A stretch of 56,896 nucleotides of DNA, counting the filler, from Barthelona sp. PAP020 (Eukaryota), in assembly GCA_040182905.1 (NCBI GenBank). It is 4 parts of 4 records of this genome, joined end to end, with 100 filler letters (N's around TTAATTAATTAA, not from the genome) between each part and the next. Parts side by side here need not be neighbours in the genome. Positions count along the whole stretch, not along the records: positions 14,342 to 28,522 come from JARQWU010000304.1; positions 28,623 to 42,793 come from JARQWU010000305.1; 2 more parts are not named here. One strand, 5' to 3'. This document shows positions 25,336-33,038 of this stretch, piece by piece. Position 1 is the stretch's first letter, and the number at the start of each line of letters is the position of its first letter. Made by a program: the position numbers and the translations under genes. The notes beneath the pieces are model-generated. The model saw only the letters and a list, made by a program, of their open reading frames with translations, was not told the origin of the DNA and ran no database searches.

Positions 25336-26139
25336 TCAATGGACCCAGCCAATTTCGTGACCATTTTCCAAAAATGGTTCTAAAAATCCACGAAACTCAA
25401 TTTTTTCTTCCTTTAAATACCATCTGGCACCATAACCTTCTTTAATTCTGATCTCAATAACTATTGTTTCGTGAGGTAACAAATGAGTGTTTACCCAATA
25501 CGCATTTTCAAAAATTTCACTTATTTTTGAAAATCCAGAAGCATTTTTTTGTTGCTCACTCCCACTGCATTTTCCCCAAAAATTATCAGTTGAACGATTA
25601 CAGTGTTTAGAAAGTGCTCTTCCTGTAACATCAAGTTTATTTCTGCCATTGTTTTTATGCAAAGCAAAACAAGAAGCAATCAAATCCTTATAACAAGGTG
25701 GTAAGACATCGATTGTTCCAACGGTGTTCCTTAAACCTAATAACTTACGAATACCATTTTCTTTAAATTTGAAACAATTTTCTAGCAAAAGGTCCACAGA
25801 AAAAACCTCTCCAAGATTTGAATGTAAAATTTGAATACATTTATCAATTAAAGAATGATCATGATCTCGATAATGATGAATCTCTTCAAAAATAATTTCT
25901 ATTCTTGTATCACAACTCAATGAAACAAGTTTGATTATTTGAAGAAAAAAAGGTTGGCAAGGATATGATCCTAAAATAATAGGACATTCCGAAAATGGTA
26001 TCACAGAATCAAATTCAAAAAAATCAAATTGGAACAAGCGTTTCACAAATTTGGAATCAAATGTCCTGAATAATTCATTCGTTTCACATGAATAAAAGAT
26101 CTCAAACAGACTTTCCGTTGAATCAAAAAAAGGAATCAT
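25336..26139 (-). CDS. Protein resembling plant ASCH-domain proteins, with a conserved C-terminal GRALxKH...EIRxxEGYGARW...FRGFLEP domain
   Basis: LDVTGRALSKHCNRS, FWG, WVNTHLLPH, EIRIKEGYGARW, FRGFLEPFLENGHEIGWVH; first ATG at 26139. Confidence 0.75.
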   Translation of the reverse strand: MIPFFDSTESLFEIFYSCETNELFRTFDSKFVKRLFQFDFFEFDSVIPFSECPIILGSYPCQPFFLQIIKLVSLSCDTRIEIIFEEIHHYRDHDHSLIDKCIQILHSNLGEVFSVDLLLENCFKFKENGIRKLLGLRNTVGTIDVLPPCYKDLIASCFALHKNNGRNKLDVTGRALSKHCNRSTDNFWGKCSGSEQQKNASGFSKISEIFENAYWVNTHLLPHETIVIEIRIKEGYGARWYLKEEKIEFRGFLEPFLENGHEIGWVH

Positions 26140-26169
26140 CAAGAAATTTATCAAATAGAAACCAAAGAA

Positions 26170-27000
26170 TCACACGTTGCTTTCTGCAGGAAATTGAGTA
26201 GTGAATCTATTAAAAGGATAATTACAGCATTTACATCCACAATTACACATGTTTTGCCCATTGCAACAATTGCATTTACATCCACAAGTGCAGTTGTCTC
26301 CACAAGTGCAAATACCTCCACTTTTACAGTTACAACCACAACTACAAGTTGGCAGTGGGAGCAACGATGGTTTTTCATAGTAAAGCAATTGCAAGGCGCA
26401 GGATTTCAATTTCAAATCCCCAATCTTTGAAAGATACAATTTGTTAAAATCTGAATCCAAGCAGGAACATTTTGGAATTCCAAATGCATATGAATTATCA
26501 TCTTTCCAATCTTTCACAGGCCAAATTGCGCCACATCTTAGACAGAATTTCCATTTAAACTCTGAATGATCTTTGATATCATCTTCAGAAATACAGTTGA
26601 ACATGTTGCAACCTTGAAATGGCCTTGATCTTGGGGGTACAATAAGTTCTTCAAACCATTCTCTCAATGGAATGGGTACTCCGAATGCTTCAACATCAGA
26701 AATTAATTTTTCTCTCTCCACTGATGACATTGTGTAAATTGGAAGAATTTCAGGTTTTCTGTACGCGAGCAAATCCAAAATCCAACCAAAATATTTGGAT
26801 GTTCTATCGGTCATTAATTCAAAACTACCTCCCGTTATATGTATTTTGAATCCCGTATCCGACGCAAACAATTCTCTGTAGAATTCTGCTCTTGTTAACA
26901 AATTGAACTTGACATGAAAGACCACACCATCTCGGCATGTCATTTTAATCGTTGGGTTTTTAAGAACAAATTCTTCAGGAAGTGGTTGATTGCTACTCAT
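26170..27000 (-). CDS. BTB/POZ-like protein with a metallothionein-like Cys-rich C-terminus
   Basis: DGVVFHV...LLTRAEFYRELF, DRTSKYFGWILDLL, EKLISDVEAFGV (KCTD/T1-type BTB); tail CSCGCNCKSGGICTCGDNCTCGCKCNCC; ATG at 27000. Confidence 0.8.
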   Translation of the reverse strand: MSSNQPLPEEFVLKNPTIKMTCRDGVVFHVKFNLLTRAEFYRELFASDTGFKIHITGGSFELMTDRTSKYFGWILDLLAYRKPEILPIYTMSSVEREKLISDVEAFGVPIPLREWFEELIVPPRSRPFQGCNMFNCISEDDIKDHSEFKWKFCLRCGAIWPVKDWKDDNSYAFGIPKCSCLDSDFNKLYLSKIGDLKLKSCALQLLYYEKPSLLPLPTCSCGCNCKSGGICTCGDNCTCGCKCNCCNGQNMCNCGCKCCNYPFNRFTTQFPAESNV

Positions 27001-27167
27001 AAAAAAGAATAATAAGCATGTCCTGTAACATTTATTCACCGATGTGAAGAGACTGTAAAACCTGAAATTTCATTTTTTTTTTTTAGAAAAAGCTTGATTG
27101 CTTTTACAGTGCTTAACGTTTTCTGCAAATAAACAAAGTTAAAAAAACAATAAACAAAAAAAAAAGA

Positions 27168-28004
27168 TCAAATTTTACACAGAATTTCTTTTGTGACTGA
27201 AAAATCTAATTCATCAACAACATTCATACATTCAGAAAGATAATCTTGAATTTTTGCATGGTCAAAAGAAGATAAATCTTCCAAAATGTCAATTAATGGA
27301 TGTACTAAACAAAGAAGATGAGGAGGAACGCTTAAAAACATAGATTTCGCGGTAATAATTGCATTCCACAACAATTTATATTCAGAATCTAAATTTGTTA
27401 AAACCAATTTCAACATTTTTGTTGAAGCAATAATCATTGGACAAGTTGGCACTGATGATTTAAAAATAAATCTTAATAATCTCATACAAGATGTTATTGC
27501 ATAATCATTTGAACCAAAAAAAAAATTAAAGCTTTCCAAAACCGTTACAAAGAATTGCTCTCGATATGGGGCAAGTTCCAAATAATTTTTGGCCTTTTTT
27601 GAATTTAAACTTTGATTACATAGATTTGCCAAAGCCCATAAACCCGTATCTGATGCTTGATTTGCAAAAAAAGCTTTTGAATGCAATAAAAGAATAATTG
27701 TAAGAAATTTTTCAGGTGGTAAACTATTTACATGAGGACTAAACCAAAAAGAAATGACTCTACAACCATGACGTATGATAGAACTTTCTTCAAAACGCAA
27801 AATTTTTTGAAAAACATTAATAGACTCAATTAATGTGGCATATTTGAGTTTATCAAAATATTTTTCGTCGTAGGATGCAATTGTTTCCAACAAAATAGCA
27901 AGCTCATTGATACTTTGCGATTCACATAAATCTTCAATAGAATTGATCACTTGATAAGGCTTCAAATTCGCGTACCTTTCAATGTTGATCAAATTCTTAA
28001 CCAT
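27168..28004 (-). CDS. ARM/HEAT-like helical repeat protein
   Basis: GLWALANLC and similar helical repeats; first ATG at 28004. Confidence 0.6.
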   Translation of the reverse strand: MVKNLINIERYANLKPYQVINSIEDLCESQSINELAILLETIASYDEKYFDKLKYATLIESINVFQKILRFEESSIIRHGCRVISFWFSPHVNSLPPEKFLTIILLLHSKAFFANQASDTGLWALANLCNQSLNSKKAKNYLELAPYREQFFVTVLESFNFFFGSNDYAITSCMRLLRFIFKSSVPTCPMIIASTKMLKLVLTNLDSEYKLLWNAIITAKSMFLSVPPHLLCLVHPLIDILEDLSSFDHAKIQDYLSECMNVVDELDFSVTKEILCKI

Positions 28005-28408
28005 AAATAAAATCAATGAAAAAAATGATCTGAGTAAATTCAAATGTGATGATCAACATTTTACAATCTTTACTGTAACTTTTTTTTTGGAAATACAGTA
28101 TTATGGGAGTTAAAACGTTGAAATAATTTGATAAAAGTCTAATTCAATTCTCTTTGAAATAATTCTGAAAGCCAAAAAAATGCAAAATTCGCTACAATTT
28201 CAGATCTTTTGTATTTGAATAAAATGAAAGGAATAAGAGGTATTCCAACAACTTAAAGCACACAAATTTACTACAACAACATTCTCTTTTGATGAAACTT
28301 CTTTTGAGATTATTTGGATTATGAGGGGGCAAAAATGATAAATAAATGCAGTTTTCAAAAAAAATTGAAGATTTGAATGATATTTTCAAATAATTTCATT
28401 TTACCACA

Positions 28409-28522
28409 ATGATGACAAACAATTCCAATTTAGAATCACCCACCTTGGAAAAATTTAAGGAATTCAAAGATTGGAATGTAACAAAGTTGGAAGAACCCAT
28501 CGAAAAACTAGTCGAACCATTT
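28409..28522 (+). CDS. 5' fragment of a gene cut by the contig end (MMTNNSNLESPTLEKFKEFKDW...)
   Basis: ATG-initiated frame open to the gap. Confidence 0.5.
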
Positions 28523-28622
28523 NNNNNNNNNNNNNNNNNNNNNNNNNNNNNNNNNNNNNNNNNNNNTTAATTAATTAANNNNNNNNNNNNNNNNNNNNNN
28601 NNNNNNNNNNNNNNNNNNNNNN
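28523..28622. other. Artificial contig-joining spacer
   Basis: N44-TTAATTAATTAA-N44. Confidence 0.97.
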
Positions 28623-28720
28623 AATTCCAATTCAACACCATTCCAAGCTTCAACAAGAGCTTTCATAGATTCCATAGTGCCATTGCACTTCCAATTTCCA
28701 CCAACAAAAGTGTGACGCAT
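28623..28720 (-). CDS. TPI: Triosephosphate isomerase N-terminal fragment (cut by the gap; not in the ORF track)
   Basis: Reverse strand reads MRHTFVGGNWKCNGTMESMKALVEAWNGVELE; FVGGNWKCNG is the TIM N-terminal signature. Confidence 0.93.
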
Positions 28721-29094
28721 TTCTTAGATAAAAAAGAATGATAAGTTAGACATTCAGATGTAATCTGATTGATCTCATTCTTTTTTATAAAATGATGTGT
28801 TTAAATACAGATAAGGGCATTTCTTTTGGTAATTTTTTATGGAAATTTGAAGGAATATGGCTTTTTAAAAAAATAATTTAATCTCAATAATTTATTCAAA
28901 AAAATAATTTCTTTCAAGATGATTGTTATTTTTAATTGAAACGAAATGAAAGATTATTTTTTGACAAAAATTTTTGATTGAAAAGAGCTTTGAACCATTT
29001 TATTCTGTTGTTTCTTTTATGGTTTTCTTAATGACCTATTTAGAATATCACTCAAATAAAAAGAATGAAATCAACAAAAAAAATTTGAAGGAAT

Positions 29095-30366
29095 TTATTC
29101 TCTTTTGAAAAAAATTTCAGGAAATTTTTCCAAGGCAGATTTCAATGGACCACAAGCAGCAGGTCCTAACGCACAGACTGTAGTTCCAGGGATTGTGTCA
29201 ACCCAGTTCTTCAATTCAGCAAAATCTTCAAAAGTGGCCTCTTTTGCCTCAAATTTTTCTAAAATATTCAACATTCTATTAACACCATTTCTACACGGCC
29301 CACACTGACCACAACTTTCATGAGCATAAAATTTTAAGTGTTTTACAAGATATTTCAAAATATCATCTTCAGTGGAATAAATTATAAGTCCGCCAGTTCC
29401 CATTTCAGTACCCAGATCTTTTAAAGGCTCATAATCCATCACAACATCAAGTGCTTCAGCAGCAGTTAAAAAAGGAGTTGATGCCCCACCAGGTTGAACA
29501 GCTAATAATTCTCCTTTGCTCACACCTTTGGCGTAATGGTCAATTAAAGTGCTTAATTTAACACCCAGTCTCTCTTCAACTGTAACAGGTCTGTTCACAG
29601 CACCACTAATAGTGAATATTTTTGTGCAGGCAGATCCTCCTTTCATTATGTGAGGAATAGCCGCAATGGTTTCAACATTATTTACAGTTGTAGGGCAACC
29701 GTAAAGACCCGCCTGGGCAGGATATGGAGGTTTTAAACGTGGCCTTCCAGGCTTACCTTCCAAAGATTCAAGTAAAGCAGTTTCTTCACCACACACATAA
29801 GCACCAGCACCTGGATGAACAACAATATCAAAATTCCAACCTGTTCCAGCAGCATTTGGTCCTAGAAGTCCAGCTTTACGTGCTTCATCAATAGCATTGT
29901 TGAGACTCTCAATTTCTCGGCGATACTCACCTCTGACATAAATATATGCTTTATGTGCTCCAATTGCGTAAGCAGAAATTAAAGCACCTTCTAAAAGTTT
30001 ATGTGGTTCATTCAACATGATATATCTGTCTTTTGAAGTACCAGGTTCACCTTCATCCCCATTAATAACCAAATAATGTGGTTTGTTATCATTTTTAGGC
30101 ATAAAGCTCCATTTTCTACCGGTAGAAAAGCCAGCACCACCTCTTCCACGTAATCCACTGAGAGATACAGTCTCAATAATAGATTCTCTTCCTAATTCAA
30201 TAGCTTGTTGACAAATCTCCCAATCATTATTGGAAAGACTGCTTAATAAATCACTTGAAATCTTTCCATCTAAGTTAGGAAAAATGCACTCATTTTTTGG
30301 TAATAAATTATTTAAATTTGCACTCTTCGACTTAGTTTTAAAGATACTTTTCAATTTAGTCAACAT
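29095..30366 (-). CDS. nuoF: NADH dehydrogenase 51-kDa flavoprotein subunit (NuoF/NDUFV1), probably organelle-targeted
   Basis: SGLRGRGGAGF, NGDEGEPGT, GAGAYVCGEETALLESLEG, TTVNNVET, HESCGQCGPCR...CALG. Confidence 0.96.
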   Translation of the reverse strand: MLTKLKSIFKTKSKSANLNNLLPKNECIFPNLDGKISSDLLSSLSNNDWEICQQAIELGRESIIETVSLSGLRGRGGAGFSTGRKWSFMPKNDNKPHYLVINGDEGEPGTSKDRYIMLNEPHKLLEGALISAYAIGAHKAYIYVRGEYRREIESLNNAIDEARKAGLLGPNAAGTGWNFDIVVHPGAGAYVCGEETALLESLEGKPGRPRLKPPYPAQAGLYGCPTTVNNVETIAAIPHIMKGGSACTKIFTISGAVNRPVTVEERLGVKLSTLIDHYAKGVSKGELLAVQPGGASTPFLTAAEALDVVMDYEPLKDLGTEMGTGGLIIYSTEDDILKYLVKHLKFYAHESCGQCGPCRNGVNRMLNILEKFEAKEATFEDFAELKNWVDTIPGTTVCALGPAACGPLKSALEKFPEIFFKRE

Positions 30367-30415
30367 TTAAAAAGAAGAAATTGTTCTTTAAAATTCTTTA
30401 TTTCTTTCCATTAAA

Positions 30416-31069
30416 ATGTCAATTAGTGAAAAAGAAGGATTTAAGTTGATAGCACAGGGTGCGGAAGCAAGAATTATCGAAGGAAGCTTGCATGGCATTC
30501 CAGTTATAATTAAGGAAAGATTTGAAAAGAAATATCGTCATCCAGAACTTGATAAAAGAATATTAAAACAACAAATTACAAGAGAAATAAGGAGTTTATC
30601 AAAATGTATCAATTTGGGAATTCGAGTTCCATATCCTTTATTAGTTGACAACGATCACAGAATTTGGTTGGAAAAAATTTTTGCCCCAACACTGAAGAAT
30701 GTATTAAATGATGATCTTTTGGATTACAATGTTAAGAAAAATATTTGTGATAAATTTGGTCGAATTATTGCTCGATTGCACAATAATGATATTATTCATG
30801 GTGATTTAACCACATCAAATGTTTTAATTGATGAAGATAAAGACATTATTTTGATTGATTTTGGATTATCATTCACTTCTACCAATGTTGAAGACAAGGC
30901 TGTTGATTTATATGTTCTTAGAAGAGCATTTGTTTCAACACATCCTGTTTTTGAAGAACTTTTTGATAGTCTGTTGAATACCTATTTTACTGAGGTAAGC
31001 GATCCGAAAGCATTGAACGATCGATATAATAAGGTTATTCAACGTGGAAGAAAAAGAAATTTGGGTTGA
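30416..31069 (+). CDS. BUD32: KEOPS complex kinase Bud32/PRPK
   Basis: QGAEA, KKYRHPELD, IIHGDLTTSN, IDFGLS, EDKAVDLYVL, C-terminal RGRKR. Confidence 0.96.
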   Translation: MSISEKEGFKLIAQGAEARIIEGSLHGIPVIIKERFEKKYRHPELDKRILKQQITREIRSLSKCINLGIRVPYPLLVDNDHRIWLEKIFAPTLKNVLNDDLLDYNVKKNICDKFGRIIARLHNNDIIHGDLTTSNVLIDEDKDIILIDFGLSFTSTNVEDKAVDLYVLRRAFVSTHPVFEELFDSLLNTYFTEVSDPKALNDRYNKVIQRGRKRNLG

Positions 31070-31135
31070 TTTATAAATATCATTTTCCTTTATTTTTTGG
31101 CATGAGAAAATAAAACGAAGAAATATATTTACTTG

Positions 31136-32378
31136 TTAAATTTCGATCAAAATGGCAGATGAACCGCCACCGCCATTACATATGGCTGCCAAGCCCAGTG
31201 TTCTGGCTGAAGATTTTTGGGAGAGCAATTGGTGGATCAAAGAGACAACAATTCGTCCACCTGAACATCCGATAGGATGGCCCATTGAAACTGCGCCACC
31301 GTTTACATTTATTTTATCCAAGGAAATTCCTAATTGATCAGCATAGTACAGCGGGACGGAAGAAAAGGCTTCATTTATTTCAAAAAGATCAATTTGGTCT
31401 GTGGAAAGATTCATTTTTTTGAGAATTTTGTTTGTGCTGTCTACTGGAGAAAAGCTGAATTCCTTCGGCTCTCTTGATGCATCTGCGAAGGTTACAATCC
31501 TTGCTAGTGTCCTGAGGCTGTGGCTTTCGACATATTTTTTCGAGGCAAGAATCAAACAACAAGCACCATCGGATATAGTTGAAGCGTTTGCGGCTGTCAA
31601 TACTCCATCAACATCGAAAGCAGGTCTAAGCTTGCTCATTTTATCTGGCTTATAGTTCATTGGTTCTTCATCTTCACAAACAATGATGTCATCCTTGCGG
31701 GTTTTGATGGTGATGGGAGCTATTTCTTGCTGTATGTTTTTGCTCACTGAATGCTTTCTGCTCCGTTCGTACGAAAGTGCAGCAAATTCGTCGCACCGTT
31801 CTCTGGTAATTCGCTTATCATCACTTACAGACATATTATATTCGCGTAAAGCCTCTTCGGTCAACACTCCCATCGGTTTGTGTGTGAAGTCACCGCTCAA
31901 ACTCTGTGAACAGCTGTCCTTCATCAACATATCCCCAAATTTCTTTCCTTTTCTATTATTTAAAATAAAAGGTGCCTGTGACATCGATTCAGTGCCACCA
32001 CAAACACAAACGTCGTTCATTCCACACATGATTGTCTGTGAAGCAATCATTATTGACTTCATCGCAGAAGCACATACTTTATTCACAGCAGTGCAAGGTA
32101 CATGATTTGGTAAACCACCTTCGATCGCTATTTGCCTTGCAGCGTTCTGTCCTAATCCAGATGAGTTGACAATTCCGAAAAACAACTCATCAATGTCATC
32201 AACATTGATCTTTGCTTCATCAAGTGTCTGTCTAAGAACTTGTGCACCCAATTCAACGGCAGACAGTTCTGACAAAGAACCCAACAATCCACCAATCGGA
32301 GTTCTTTTTGCACCCACGACATATACTTCTATTGATGTTAATATAAATAACCAAAACAGGGATACCTTGTAATTGCAT
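31136..32378 (-). CDS. Acetyl-CoA acetyltransferase (thiolase, ERG10/ACAT type); exons 32378-32366 and 32328-31136
   Basis: NKVCAS, NEAF, GHPIG and CNGGGG motifs; ATG in frame only after removing a 37-nt intron (MQLQ-EVYVVGAKRTPIG). Confidence 0.93.
32329..32365 (-). other. 37-nt spliceosomal intron in thiolase
   Basis: GTATCCCTG...TATTAACATCAATAG; removal joins ATG 32378 in frame. Confidence 0.8.
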
Positions 32379-32519
32379 GTGTTCAAATAACGAAAATTGT
32401 TGAATTTCTTTCGCTTGATGTGTCAATTTCCCTTTCTTTCTTGTGATTAACAGCTTCAAAACAGACGTTTTTTGAATAACATAATTGGTTTGAACAATAA
32501 CAAAAAAGAACAATGATAT

Positions 32520-32969
32520 TTATTCTTCCATACTGTGTGTAAAGCTAATATTTTGAGGGTCGTTCTTTCTTTTGAGGTCACGAACGCCCTCCTCGATCCG
32601 TTTGATGTTTGCTTCCTTGAGCACGTTTTCGTTCTTGATGCTGTAGTACAAAGACCTCACTGAGTTCAGTGCATCTTGCTGTTCACGCTCAAGAACGTTT
32701 ATTTGTTCATCGTTTAGATGCAAAGCCCACATTAGAAACTGTACATTATTCTCTGAAATGGCAATTTCAGCTGATCTGTGATACGCCTTCACCTTTTTAT
32801 AAAATTCGTCCTTGTCTGTACCTATGTTTTTCAATAAACCCAATCTTCCCATAGCAAGGAAGAGTTTGATGCATTCACTGTCATCATTCATCAGGATTTC
32901 TTTTGTGTTTGGATTTTCCTTGAATTTTCTTATCAGGCTCTCAAACTCATCGTAGTCGTCACTATCCAT
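32520..32969 (-). CDS. Hypothetical helical protein (149 aa)
   Basis: ATG ORF filling the space between thiolase and AP-3 beta. Confidence 0.7.
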   Translation of the reverse strand: MDSDDYDEFESLIRKFKENPNTKEILMNDDSECIKLFLAMGRLGLLKNIGTDKDEFYKKVKAYHRSAEIAISENNVQFLMWALHLNDEQINVLEREQQDALNSVRSLYYSIKNENVLKEANIKRIEEGVRDLKRKNDPQNISFTHSMEE

Positions 32970-33038
32970 GGTTTACAACACTAAAAAAGCCGGAAGGAAT
33001 AAAAAAGAAATTGAAAACCATTTTTATTTCTTTTGAAA

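Noticed and set aside
29095..32378. NuoF, Bud32 and thiolase as bacterial contamination or an operon
   Set aside because: Mixed strands, a spliceosomal-type intron in thiolase, and contiguity with AP-3 beta and SMC1
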